DNA of 64,000 nt, from the NCBI GenBank assembly GCA_964016885.1, contig OZ024745.1:60636001-60700000 (forward strand). Reading direction: 5' to 3'. The translations under genes and the position numbers were made by a program. Every line of letters starts with the position of its first letter. Position 1 is the first letter of the stretch. Positions 14,018-28,381 of the stretch are shown piece by piece. The DNA comes from Eledone cirrhosa. Lineage: Eukaryota. The notes beneath the pieces were generated by a model. It ran no database searches. It was not told where the DNA came from and saw only the letters and a list, made by a program, of their open reading frames with translations.

Positions 14018-14042
14018 CATATATATATACATATATATATAT

Positions 14043-14089
<47 letters not shown>

Positions 14090-14285
14090 GTGCCCCCTCG
14101 TTATCAAGTATGGCCATTGCACGATATACAATTATTAATAATTATTAATTAATTCTATCATGCAATTCCTGTGCGTCAAGATATTTTTTAAAGTAAGGAA
14201 AGACTGTGCACTGAGCCAATCCCACTATCTGAGCAACAGTAGCTATAACCCGAAAAGAAGAAAAGGTCAACATCATCGGTAACTA

Positions 14286-14348
<63 letters not shown>

Positions 14349-14536
14349 TAATAAAAACAATGAATAAAAACAAAGAAACAGTTCCTTATATTAAAAAATT
14401 CATCATTTTACGATCGTTTATAGGATATATATGTGTGTGTTGGTGTGTATATCATATAGATCTATGTAAAAATTTTAAAAACTATTAGAGGGAATATACA
14501 TACCTACACATATATATGCTGTCTTCAGAAATAATC

Positions 14537-14706
<170 letters not shown>

Positions 14707-14975
14707 GTATATGTATATATATGTATATATATATATATATGTATATATATATACATATATATATATATATACATATATATGTATATATATATATATACAT
14801 ATATATATGTATATATATATATGTATATATATATATATGTATATATATATGTATATATATATGTATATATATATATATGTATATGTATGTATATATATAT
14901 ATGTATATATATATATATGTATATATATATATGTATATATATATATGTGTATATATATATAAACATATAGATATG

Positions 14976-15006
<31 letters not shown>

Positions 15007-15074
15007 GTAAATATATATATAAACATATATATATGTATATATATATACATATATATATATATACATATATATAC

Positions 15075-15119
<45 letters not shown>

Positions 15120-15120
15120 A

Positions 15121-15167
<47 letters not shown>

Positions 15168-15222
15168 TATATATACATATATATATATACATATATATAT
15201 GTATATATATGTATATATATAC

Positions 15223-15253
<31 letters not shown>

Positions 15254-15359
15254 AACATATATATATATATAAACATATATATATACATATATATATACAT
15301 ATATATATACATATATATATATACATATATATGTATATATATGTATATATATATATATG

Positions 15360-15390
<31 letters not shown>

Positions 15391-15433
15391 GTATATGTAT
15401 ATATATATATGTATATGTATATATATATATATG

Positions 15434-15465
<32 letters not shown>

Positions 15466-15582
15466 TATACATATATATGTATATATATATATACATATAT
15501 ATATATACATATATATATACATACACATATATATATATATACATATATACATATATATACATATATATACATATATATATAC

Positions 15583-15744
<162 letters not shown>

Positions 15745-16013
15745 ATGTATATATATGTATATATGTATATATATATGTATATATATATGTATATATATAT
15801 ACATATATATATGTATATACATATATATGTATATATATATATACATATATATATGTATATATATATGTATATATATATATGTATGTATATATATATGTAT
15901 ATATATATATATGTATATATATATATGTATATGTATATATATATATGTATATATATATATGTATATATATATGTGTATATATATATAAACATATAGATAT
16001 GTATATATATATG

Positions 16014-16044
<31 letters not shown>

Positions 16045-16126
16045 GTAAATATATATATAAACATATATATATGTATATATATATACATATATATATATGT
16101 ATATATATATATACATATATATATAC

Positions 16127-16161
<35 letters not shown>

Positions 16162-16164
16162 TAT

Positions 16165-16340
16165 TAGTTTTAATATAGATGAGATTCTACAGGACTAGAA
16201 CTGTTTCATTCATGATTTCTAATGAATGAAACAGTTCTAGTCCTGTAGAATCTCATCTATATTAAATCTTTTATACTCTGCTATGTATTGAGTACCTTAC
16301 TTACTGTGGTTACCTTCGATTCAACCCGGAATAACGTATA
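16165..16340 (+). mobile_element. Family A HHR mini-element with fold-back (CTGA of the core lost at the axis)
   Basis: gagattctacaggactagaactgtttcattc|atgatttctaatgaatgaaacagttctagtcctgtagaatctc..caacccggaataacgta. Confidence 0.8.
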
Positions 16341-16471
16341 TATATACATAAATATATATATATATATATATAAATATATATATATACATATATATATACA
16401 TATATATATATACACATATATATATATACATATATATACATATATATATGTATATATATGTATATATATAC

Positions 16472-16502
<31 letters not shown>

Positions 16503-16590
16503 AACATATATATATATATAAACATATATATATACATATATATATACATATATACATATATATATATATACATATATATGTATATATATG

Positions 16591-16621
<31 letters not shown>

Positions 16622-16650
16622 GTATATGTATATATATATATATGTATATG

Positions 16651-16702
<52 letters not shown>

Positions 16703-16900
16703 TATATATGTATATATATATATACATATATATATACATATATATATACATACACATATATATATATATACATATATACATATGTTTGTTTACAAACAAA
16801 CCGAGCATTATAATAAATGTTCGGTAAATCCATACGTACACATATATATATATATATGTGCATGTATGTATAGATATATGCATACTACATACAATTTCTG

Positions 16901-16991
16901 GATACCTGCAGAAGAGCACAGGAATAGGAACTTTCACTTAATTGTTGCGAAACAAATTTAAAATTTAATATTTAAAATTTGTCCAGATATC
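16901..16991 (+). ncRNA. Degenerate type I HHR with a long stem III
   Basis: gatacctg-CAGAAGA-gcaca..tgttgc-GAAA-caaattt..aaattt-GTC-cagatatc; one core substitution. Confidence 0.6.
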
Positions 16992-17387
16992 ACGGCTATT
17001 GCCAATATAGGTTTGTTTTTATTGATTTATTATTTTAAATCGAGATAGGCAAACCGTATTATTTTAATTAGTATTTTTCAATCTAGCTAACTTGGTCATT
17101 TGCAATGCGAACCTATCATATATTCATTTGTTTTACACGGCTCAGAAATATTCCTTTCTTTGAGCTATTTAATTGTAAAAGACTATTTGAGTTTATAACT
17201 CTATATATAATATATATACATATATACATATATATATATATATAAGTGGCGACAATGTGCAGACGACTCGCTGGCTAGATCTTGAGGACTTTCCGGACAA
17301 GAGACCGAGACACCATGTTGACACTATGGAGGACATTTGTCCTAAGCCGCCTGGACTATTGCTCCCAGTTGTGGTCACCCCATAGGG

Positions 17388-17940
17388 TCAAACTAACCAC
17401 GGAGCATGAGGCAATCCAGTGAAGCTACACCAAGAGGATTGCCACGATGAAGGAGATAAGCTACTGGGAGAGGCTAAAAGAACTGAACCTCTACTCCTTG
17501 GAACGAAGACGGGAAAGATACGCAGTGATCCACATGTGGAAAATCCTGGAGGGACTAGCATTGGGAGCTGGACCAACCGTCGAACAGAACGTCACTGTGT
17601 GGTGCCAAAGGTCCCATCTTCCACATCTAGAATAAGGAGCAGATATTGCAATAGCCTGGGGTTCAAGAGCCCTCAACTCTTCAACAAGATGCCGAGAGAT
17701 CTGAGAGATATGCATGGTGTGGAGGTGGATGTCTTCAAGAAACATTTCGACACCTTGCTATCCAGGATCCCGAAGGAGCCCACAGCAAGGCCCGAGGGAA
17801 ACCTAAGGGCAGCAGCAACAAACTCCCTCTTGCACCAGTGGCCAACCAATACAGACTGGAGATAAAATGTGTAGCAACAAGGGCGGTGCCACTGCATGGC
17901 CTCAGCCGGATGGCTGGAACGGGTAAAAGAGTAAAAAAGT
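17388..17940 (+). pseudogene. CR1-group LINE ORF2 3' fragment
   Basis: SYWERLKELNLYSLERRRERYAVIHMWKILEG; frameshifted continuation [30 protein letters not shown]. Confidence 0.8.
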
Positions 17941-18001
17941 AAAAGATATATACACATATATATACATATATATATATATACATATACATATATATATATA
18001 T

Positions 18002-18101
<100 letters not shown>

Positions 18102-18195
18102 ATACAGAAACATATATATATACATATATATATATATACATATACATATATATATACATATATATATATATATACACATACATATATACATATAC

Positions 18196-18226
<31 letters not shown>

Positions 18227-18275
18227 CACATACATATATACATATACATATATATATATATATATATATACATAC

Positions 18276-18354
<79 letters not shown>

Positions 18355-18814
18355 CATATATATACATATATATATATATATTTACATATATATATGTATA
18401 TACATATATATATATAAAGATTTACATATACACAAACTAGACAAAGTCATAGAGAGATATGCTTTTGGCAACCATTCACGATGTGACTCAATGATGAATT
18501 TATAAATTAAATAATCAGAGCAATATACTATAAATTATGTCCATAGAATTCATTTGATAAGATATATACACTATTTCCTCTCCCAATTAGCATAATCAAC
18601 CACACAAAAAAAAACAATTAAACCAGGCTATAAGATTAAAAGGCATCTATGAAGAAATAATAGATAAATAAACGACAGCCATCTATTCGCGATCAACAGC
18701 TATAGAATATTTACCCAGTATTTCAATAGCACGTGGAAATCGATTAAATATATCGTCAACCATACACAATTAGGTATAAAATTTATATAATTTATGGTAC
18801 ACATATATATATAT

Positions 18815-18967
18815 ATAGATGAGATTCTACAGGAATCTGATGATTTCTAAAGAATGAAACAGTTCTAGTCCTGTAGAATCTCATCTATATTAAAACTTTT
18901 ATACTCTGCTATGTATTGAGTACCTTACTTACTGTGGTTACCTCCGATTCAACCCGGTATAACGTAC
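18815..18967 (+). mobile_element. Family A HHR mini-element with short fold-back
   Basis: agatgagattctacagg-aat-CTGATGA-tttctaaagaat-GAAA-cagttctagtcctgTA-gaatctcatct..caacccgg. Confidence 0.8.
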
Positions 18968-19074
18968 CTATATATATATTAAGGAACGATCGACTTTCGT
19001 CAAATCGGACCGAGGGAACAATGTTTCCGTTGGTCTTTCCAATTGCTAATACTATCTATCGGTCGCAACTCCAG

Positions 19075-19200
19075 GTAGAAGGAGCAACGTGAAATAAAGT
19101 GTCTTGCTCAAGGACATAACGCATCGCCTGGTCCAGGAATGGAACTCACAACCTTACGATTGCGAATCCAATTCTCTAACCACTCAGCCACACACCTTCA
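19075..19200 (-). mobile_element. Second tRNA-derived SINE family (ccttgagcaagacactttatttcac domain); related copies ~22350-22670(-), 25080-25290(-), 35960-36130(+), 40170-40300(-), 41330-41590(-)
   Basis: Minus strand has A/B-box-like gtggctgagtggttagag..gagttccattcc followed by the shared domain. Confidence 0.7.
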
Positions 19201-19202
19201 CA

Positions 19203-19271
<69 letters not shown>

Positions 19272-19273
19272 CA

Positions 19274-19333
19274 TAAATGTAAGTATGTATGTATACGTAC
19301 ATACATATATGTATACAGACGTACAGTAGCATG

Positions 19334-19410
<77 letters not shown>

Positions 19411-19595
19411 GCATACAGGTACACATACATATATGCACGCATCAGTTGAACAAAAAGGTGACGTGGTTGCCTTAACACCGTATGGCATAAATTCAGGCTG
19501 TTCGCTTTGTTGACAAACAAACGAACAAAGCGGCCGGCGTTATAATAAACGTAGGCTAAACTGATGCGTGCATATATGTATGTGTACCTGTATGC

Positions 19596-19671
<76 letters not shown>

Positions 19672-20118
19672 GCATGCTACTGTACGTCTGTATACATATA
19701 TGTATGTACGTATACATACATACTTACATTTAAGTAAGTGCCATACTAAGAGTGAGAAATGAAATTTCGTTTTCATTTTTTTTTTCAACTTATCGTTTTC
19801 GGTATGCCTGACCGATGTAACTCACTCTATATGCAAATTAGGCTGCTCAGCCGTTAATTTTCATAAGGAAAGTATATACTTTCGAACGTTCAACTATCTG
19901 GCAGATGGGTAAACGGTGCTGATGATGGCTAACAAGCTTGAAACTAGTACATCGTTCCTGTGTCAGTGTTGAACAAAAAGGTGACGTGGTTGCCTTAACA
20001 CCGTATGGCATAAATTCAGGCTGTTCGCTTTGTTGACAAACAAACGAACAAAGCGGCCGGCGTTATAATAAACGTAGGCTAAACTGATGCGTGCATATAT
20101 GTATGTGTACCTGTATGC

Positions 20119-20204
<86 letters not shown>

Positions 20205-20323
20205 GCATGCTACTGTACGTCTGTATACATATATGTATGTACGTATACATACATACTTACATTTAAGTAAGTGCCATACTAAGAGTGAGAAATGAAATTT
20301 CGTTTTCATTTTTTTTTTCAACT

Positions 20324-20326
<3 letters not shown>
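19274..20326 (+). mobile_element. pLTR/retrozyme-like element: inverted partial copy plus ~520-bp tandem unit
   Basis: Direct repeats 19445-19793 and 19968-20326; 19274-19447 is the reverse complement of 19559-19732; HHR lies between the repeats. Confidence 0.8.
19912..19956 (+). ncRNA. Minimal type I hammerhead ribozyme
   Basis: aacggtg-CTGATGA-tggct(aaca)agctt-GAAAC-ta-GTA-catcgtt; 7-bp stem I, ACTAGT palindromic stem III. Confidence 0.85.
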
Positions 20327-20365
<39 letters not shown>

Positions 20366-20392
20366 CACACATACATATACATATATATATAC

Positions 20393-20477
<85 letters not shown>

Positions 20478-21601
20478 TACATATGCATATATATATGTAT
20501 ATGTATAGCGAGAGAGAGAGAGAGAGAGAGAGAATCGACTACAATACTGGGCTGCTACATTTTTTTAATCGACGAAAGGTGAAGTTGTTCTCGGCAGTAC
20601 TTAAACTTAGAGAGCAGAGGAGAGACGGAACAAATTACACAAAACATTCTATCTGACGTTCTAACGTCAGATAGAATGTTTTATGTTTTGTGTTTAAATT
20701 CCGTTAAAACTGGATGTTTTTCATTTGTCCGATATGTGAAGGTACGTATTTAGCTAGGACTTTTTACTTTGTGAGTTCAAATCTGATCAAGACGTCAAGT
20801 TTTTCTATCATCCTTCCGGACGAGAGAGGGTGTGATCGATAAAATAAATACCGGGGTTGATATAAGGGATTACCCCCCACCCCTTTACCCCTAAGATTGC
20901 TGGCCTTGTGCCTAAATTAGAAATCATTAGTGAAAGTGTATCGAGGAAGTGATTCATTCTCTATTTGTTAAGATAAAAATCGTATTAAGGACTGAGCCCC
21001 ATAGATATATCCATGTGATTTGTAAAGAGAAAAAAAAAACGTTTATTAGTCATGCTACAATAATTTCCTTTTTGCTGTTGTTTTCTTATGAAAATAGTTG
21101 TTTGTCCTCATTTTTATGAAGCGGAAATTCGAAACATCAAAAAAAAAAAAGTTATATTGATATTAATAATAACAAGTAAAAAAATAAACATAGCAAAAAT
21201 CAAAATAAAAGGCTAGAATCGAATATTAACCTTGATGTTATACAGTTCTCTTCTTCCCCTCCCTTATTAACAATAAAACTAGTTGACATTTCTGCCAACA
21301 TATGACACTAACTGACAATATAACATATGTACGTGACTCAAGTTAAACTAAACTACATTTATAATACAGAGGAGTTTTTACATGAATTACTGATATATAG
21401 CAATTATCTCTCTCTTTCTCTCCCCCCTCTCTCTCTCACTCGTTCTCCCTTTTCTCTCCCCCTCCCCTTCTCTGTTCTCTTCCCTTCTCCCCCTCTCTTC
21501 TCTTTTAAATCCTCCCCCTCTCTTACTTTCTTCCTTCTCTCCATTCTCTCTCCCTCTGTCTTTTCTTACATTCTTATGTACACATAAACGCTCAAGCGTG
21601 T

Positions 21602-21669
<68 letters not shown>

Positions 21670-22815
21670 GCACACACACACACACACCCACACACACACA
21701 CATACACACACACACACAAACTGATGTTCGGCCTTCGTCGGTTCCGATGACAAGTGTTCCAGAAGGAACAGCTTGCTCACTAGAAAACAGGTCGCAAGTG
21801 GCGGACAGTGATACGGCCAACAGATATGATGTTTAGTTGCGATATAAGCGGGCATCTGCCTGGCGAATAAGCAACACGGGATCAACAGTGGTAAACTATT
21901 AGGGGAGATGGAGCAATGAGTGACACATTGAGCTTCCAATACAACTCTCACAACCCAGTAATGTAGCTGTGACGAAGTGAGTAAAGGCCGCCTCTAAAAA
22001 AAAGCCTAGTTTTCGCGGGTCTGAGAAAGTACCAGATTGGTGATTGGTGCGAATAAAACCACCAAGACTACAAGATGGTGACTGTCTACAAGAAACAATG
22101 AAAATATGCCAAATATTTTTAAAACAGAGCACATGACTTCATTTAATTGACGTTAAGTGTATTTGTAAGACAGAATCATGTTACATTATTGCAGACTCTT
22201 AAAAAATAAAATATATGCATAGCCGATCTCTCGAAGTGCGATTAAAAAAATAGTTATTTTATTTAGGTCAATTTTGATTTTTGTTCTTCCAAAATAGATG
22301 CAATAAGTATCAGCTTACAAGGACTCGACTGTTAGAGTCGACTGTAAGAGGGTAAAGCCCCCTTCGATCACAAATGACCATGGCATTTGCACCTAGAAAG
22401 TTCCTCTCTGAGGCTCAAGTCTGGGCAAGGTTGTTTGTGGAAGACCAGCAATTGACCATGTATACTAGTCTCCTTTCTCCACGCCACAGATGTTGACCAA
22501 TACAGCTTGGCACCAGTGATGTCACAACTCATTTCTACAGCTGAGTGAACTGGAGCAATGTGAAATAAAGTGTCTTGCTCAAGGACACAACACATCACCC
22601 GGTCTGGAAATCGAACTCACAACCTCAAAATTGTGATTCCAAAGCTCTAACCACAAATTCACGCGTCTTCACATAGTCGACTATATTATCATTAATGGTG
22701 GTACCCTATCTTAGCCGCAGTAGGATGATAGAAAATAATATAAGAATCTTCCTTTTATTTTGCGCCCTTTTAGAGAGAGAGGGGGGGGGCAGAGAGAGAG
22801 AGAATGTGTGTGTAT

Positions 22816-22855
<40 letters not shown>

Positions 22856-23098
22856 GCAGTAATACAAGACGTTACCGATAGACAATGTTGATGTAACGGT
22901 AGTACACTCCAACAGCTGTGTCACTTCACCTGTTATCGGAGCCTCATCATGTAGCACATTGTATGTAGGCATAGATCGACAATCGATTACATTGACTCCA
23001 GTTTTTGGCCTTTACTTTATCTTATCGAACATGAAAAGATGAAAAGTAAATTGTTAATGGGATTTGAACTCAGAACGTAAATAGTGAAAACAAATATC

Positions 23099-23182
23099 TA
23101 GTGGTCAATGCTGGACATGAGCTAAGTAGTGGTCAATGCTGGACATGAGCTATGTAGTGGTCAATGCTGGACATGAGCTAAA
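23099..23182 (+). repeat. 28-bp tandem repeat x3
   Basis: tagtggtcaatgctggacatgagcta(a/t)g. Confidence 0.9.
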
Positions 23183-23299
23183 CAAGCTTTAGCTTAGACA
23201 CACTCTCGAGGGCCTCATACTTTAAATTATATTTTTATTTTATCATTAGATTTTATTCTTTAACACTAAATTCATCAAAAATTATATATATATATATAT

Positions 23300-24130
23300 T
23301 ATTTCTTCTTTTTCTTTTTCTTTTTCTTTTTCTTTTTCTTTTTCTTTTTCTTTTTCTTCTTTTTCTTATTCTTCTTCCTGGGAGGGTCGTAGGGGCAGAG
23401 TTCCAAAACATTTCTTCCAGCGCGTCCTGTCAATAGCAATCGTTTCCAACTGGTCCGGCTGGATCCCCAAGCGAAACCAGCCGAGCTCATGGATGTTATC
23501 AAACCATCAAACCATCTAACCCATGGTCTCCTGTTGCCCGTAAAATCTGTCCAGCGATTCTTTCGTGAGACATTCTAATCACATGCCCATAATATCGGAG
23601 CTGGGATCTCTCAATTCGGAGAAGTAGCGGCTCTACCTGGAGTGACTGTCTGATCTCCGAGCTACGCATTCTATTGAGTAATGTTACTCCAAAGACCCTT
23701 TGGCAACTTGTATTCTCAATCGTATTCTTTTGGTCATTACCCAAGATTCATGACTATAGGTAAGGATTGGCACGTATACTGAATCGAAGATAGCGAGTTT
23801 GGCTTTTACACCTACCTCCCTTTTTCTGATTACCGAAAGCTAAAGCTGGCGCATTACTGCACCAGCTCCTGCAATTCTTTCACTTAATTCAGCCTCCTGC
23901 CTTCCATCACTCGCGAACACTGCTCCGAGATACTTGAACCTCTCCCCCTGCTTCAGTGGAACTCCATTCACATGTAGAGTGCACTGCGCAGGCTTCCTTG
24001 AGAGGACGAGTATCTCAGTTTTCGTTGCACTGATTTACTTTACGTTCCAGTCATGCAGCACTCGGCATCAAACCTATCAAGTGCAAGTCGATCACCTTCT
24101 GTCGAGTTAAGTAACACCATGTCGTCTACA
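23300..24130 (-). pseudogene. RTE-clade LINE 3' fragment with A/G-rich tail
   Basis: RVFGVTLLNRMRSSEIRQSLQVEPLLLRIERSQLRYYGHVIRM; FKYLGAVF upstream; same family as 9345-9860. Confidence 0.8.
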
Positions 24131-24348
24131 AATTAATATAAAAGATAATATCATGTATAATTATTTAAACATTTTTTACCCGAATCTTTTTAGAGAAGAG
24201 CCTCAAATTTCATATTGCTTAGGGGGCCCCCCCAAGCTGGTGAAAGTCCGGCTCAGCTTGCGGTAACAATCTTAGTTATCCGGCGTTATGAAACCACTAA
24301 AACAAAAAGTGCAAGTATATAAAACATTTGAATAGTTGTGTTTGTTAA

Positions 24349-24603
24349 CCCTTTCAATACCTATTCGCCTGAAAACGCCCCTTGATCTATGATAGAAGTT
24401 TTAAAGAGTTTATATTTATCTTAAAACCTTCCATCATAATTTTGTTTCAGAACCTTTGTTAATATATTTCAAATACCAGCTTCATAATTAATAAGTTAGT
24501 AATATTACTTCTGATAGGAACCTCTGGAAGGCGTGTCTGTGACATCTGCCCTATCAGAAATAAGTGGGCGAAGAAGAAGAATTGTAAACAGGGTAATGAA
24601 GGG
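24349..24603. mobile_element. piggyBac-type MITE
   Basis: TTAA on both sides; imperfect TIRs ccctttcaatacc / ggtaatgaaggg. Confidence 0.6.
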
Positions 24604-26009
24604 TTAAACATTATTTTTAGGCTGCCCAACTTCACTTAGTTTTTTCAGATACCAAAATAATGGAATCTCAATCAACCAGTAAAGTGCACAATCAGGAAAA
24701 AAGACATTGGCCCCTAATTTTCTGGTAGTTGGCTACTTTTTTTTATAAGAAGTGGCTTAAAGTGCTCAAAACAAAGTAATTACTACAGAAACCAATCATT
24801 AAAAATACGATATTTTAATCTAAGTTCTTTAATCTAAGGTCGCCACCGAAGACTTCACCTTTATGATTCAAGAGAAGATACATAAGATTGGTTTCTTATA
24901 TGGCTAAATGGAAAGTTTTAATCTCAGTTCTTTTAGCTAATGAAATACACATCTGTTGTATAGCTTTTATAAAGAGCCAACTCAACAGACGGTACTCGTA
25001 AATTGTATCTTCCTGAAACTGTGGGACCTCCGTCGTTACCGACGAAGAGTGCCCCAGTTGTGAGAACAACGGAACTGTCTGGTCGCGAAATTAAAGTGCA
25101 TGAGGCTGAGCATTCCACAAACACGTGTACCATTAACGTAGTTCTCGAGGAGATTCAGCGTGGCACAATGTGTGACAAAACTGGCCCCTTAATGCTAGCT
25201 GAGTGGACTGAAGCAACGTGAAATAAAGTGTCTTGCTGATGGACACAGCGTACCGCCCGGTCTTTGAATCGTAAACCAAACCCCTTAATTGACTCCCTAC
25301 TGGGCTTTGCTGGTAATATAACGCAGCATGGATGGCGGCAATAAACGCCATCAACGCTGTTGGCCTACTGCAACCTCATGACACTAGTGATAGGACTTCT
25401 AGGATTATGATAAATTTGTAGTAAACCAAAAGGTTTTTAAAAAATAAAAATATAAATACAAAGAGAAAAGAGTAACAACCAACCGGAATATGATAAAATG
25501 AACTGTAACAAATAAAATTATTAACAAAGCTGAAGACCTTTGTTGAAAACGATCGAAATATTTCAAGGTTTGATGTTCAAGGTGATGTAAAAGATAAAAT
25601 TGATTGTTTAATTCTATTTTTACACTGAGTCAAATCTAATCGCTTCTACTTGAAACATATATGGTTTGATTTTAAATATATGTCAATGACTTGATAGACT
25701 CTAGCCATTTACACTGGTTATCTAAACAATAGGGAGCAATGGAAAGACGGGAGTTTGGCGCGAAAATATATTAACTATTTGTTATTACTTACTGAAATCA
25801 CCAGCTGGGATTCCACTTGATTCCACTAGTTTATGTCAGCGAAGAAACTTCTACATGGTCACTTGACCTGCTAGAGACAGCAGCAAAATATTCAGCATTC
25901 TGCTGTCTTAAAAATAATAACGAACAGTTTCAATAATGTAATCACTCTGTCATAAATTGAGATGTGATAGTAATGTGTAAAAGTCTATGTATCGCATAGT
26001 TAAAGAAAG

Positions 26010-26600
26010 TTGGACAATAGCAGTGCTCACGGGAGTTTGATCTTGTCCTTTGTGGTAATGTTCTTATTTTTTCACTTTGGCTTGTGTTTGGTTAGTGCAG
26101 TCAGTGTCTGCGCAGTTTTAGTAAGAATTTCTGACCTTGATCCTTTATCATTAATGATGCCACCTTTCCCTGGTATCTCTAGTGTCTGTCATTGGACAGA
26201 AATGTCTGTTGTGATGACCCTGTTGGTGATTGTCATGAACGTTTTTTTTTTTTTTTTTAGTGGGCATAGTGGGGCGCTGAAATCCATTTCAAACGTGATG
26301 GAGGCTCTATCAAGGTGACTAAATAAGCACACTAATTCAGCCTCCCTTCTTGCTAGTCCATCAATATCGTCGATATTACCAAATCTTACGTTTGTGATAT
26401 TCCTCATTCTGATGTTCACTGCGTCCAACTCGCTCATGATCTGCTCCAGAGAAGGGAGGGTGGTATGTAACCACTCCTGTGTGGGTATGTAACCACTCTC
26501 CATGCGGTGTTTTGTCAACTACTGTACTTGTTGCCTTAACGTGAAGCAACTGTGTAGTATGTGTTAACTTCTGCTTCATGCTGAAGTTCTTCACAGTGTC
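26010..26600 (-). pseudogene. Degenerate RTE-like RT fragment
   Basis: ITNVRF..DDIDGLARREAELVCL..LDRASITFEM.FSA. Confidence 0.65.
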
Positions 26601-26736
26601 TCATAAAACATCGTCCCAAACTCTAGTAAATTATCATACCATCAACAAGATGATGCTCAGAGAATAGACTGAACCAGACAAAATATTATAAGCGAGGAAC
26701 GGCAAACTTCCGGAAAAGTAAAACTATTAAACAAAT

Positions 26737-27438
26737 AAGAGAGTATTGAAGTTTGCTTGAAGCATTGTGGAATAATAAGTAAATATCTTTAAGTCGTTTG
26801 GAAGCCTCGACAATGCAAATGGGTAAATCTCCGGGTAACAAGATCCGGTGGTGGAGAGAGAGATGTAAGTGGGTGTACGTTGAGATGCGTGGTGTGTATA
26901 AGATGTGTAGAGGAATGAAGGAAAGAGTATAAAGGATAAAATTAAAATAACAACACGAGAGAGAGTTACCTTGGGAGAGATTTAATTGTCCCTATATATT
27001 TCGGATTCACATCCATCAACTGGGGGGTTTTCCGGGGTGGGGGAAAGGTTGTCTGTCGGAAAGGTGCGAAACGCGTCCTCCGCTGTTTGTTGTTTTGATT
27101 TTTTGTTTTGTTTTGTTTTGTTAAAACAACAAACAGCGGAGGACGCGTTTCGCATCTTTCCGACAGACAACCTTTCCCCCACCCCGGAAAAAACCTCCAG
27201 TTGATGGATGTGAATCCGAAATATATAGGGACAATTAAATCTCTCCCAAGGTAACTCTCTCTCGTGTTGTTATTTTAATTTTATCCTTTATACTCTTTCC
27301 TTCATTCTTCTACACATCTTATACACACCACGCATCTCAACGTACACCCACTTACATCTCTCTCTCCCCCACCGGATCTTGTTACCCGGAGATTTACCCA
27401 TTTGCATTGTCGAGGCTTCCAAACGACTTAAAGATATT
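26737..27438. repeat. Large inverted repeat (family C), ~315-bp arms, ~26-bp spacer
   Basis: 26782-27096 is the near-perfect reverse complement of 27123-27438. Confidence 0.92.
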
Positions 27439-27469
27439 AAAAAAATATTCAATAAACTAGATTATATGG

Positions 27470-27625
27470 CGGCAAATTGACAGAGACGTTAAAACATTAG
27501 ATAGAATGTTTTGCGGTATTCGTTCTGGCTCTCTGCACTTTCAGTTCAAAACTTGCCGAGGTCAACTTTGCCTATCATCCTGTCGAGGTCGATAAAAAAA
27601 GTACCAGTCTAGTAACTTGGGTTGA
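27470..27625 (+). mobile_element. SINE (first family); further copies ~20770-20930(+), 22970-23090(-), 29790-30000(-), 30970-31130(+), 31925-32150(+), 32910-33090(+), 33100-33310(+), 58960-59145(-), 59670-59800(-), 61955-62145(+), 62340-62430(-)
   Basis: Shared gagttcaaa..gccgaggtcaactttgcctttcatcc..gtcgataaa..agtaccagt. Confidence 0.75.
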
Positions 27626-28381
27626 TTTTTTTTCCTCTCTCTCTGTCTCTCTCCTTCTTTAGAAGAAATCAGTTATGTTCAGACGTGGTGAGAGCATGGA
27701 TGGGCACCAACAGGGGTTTTAAAATGTAATTACTGGTCCCTACGGCTCCATCAGGAGTTACGGGTCCATATATACCAACTAGATTTTACTTTGATATACA
27801 AAAATACCTCCAAACGGAGCTCTTAAACAAGAATAAATATGGTACCTAAACTCCCTTCACTTATAATAGTTGCCAACATCTGAATGTGGCCTGTATTAGT
27901 GAAACATGTAGAAGTATTAGTTGATATCTTTCAAGGCATTTGTAGTACACTTCATGCACACTATATCACTAGATATAGCATCAAATTGCGGTAAAACTTA
28001 TTTAGTAGATCCTAGAAAAATGTTTTAAAAAAGGGTGATACGCATACATTTAGAATATGTCACATAAATATAGTGACAACCGGAAACAGATTCAATACTA
28101 TTGTTAAACCTTCATAGTCGAGTAAGATATCCTTATAAGGCACCCATCCCACGTAAGAATAAATACCAAGTCTAAATTGACATGCTGATTGAAACGCTCA
28201 AGGAGTATAAGGATTGGTGCGGATATCCTTTATCTTTTCAAATGCTAGCAGCTTTTGATACATTCGTATGTCAGGATGTCAATCGCTGAGATTATACGCC
28301 AGTATCTATGTACACGAAAGAAACTTCACACCAATGTTGAACTAAATGTTTTATATAGACATCAAATGGCATGTTCTATAC

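Noticed and set aside
21718-21960. GC-richer structured-looking stretch, possible LINE 5' UTR ribozyme
   Set aside because: Could not be fitted to hammerhead, HDV or twister topologies by eye
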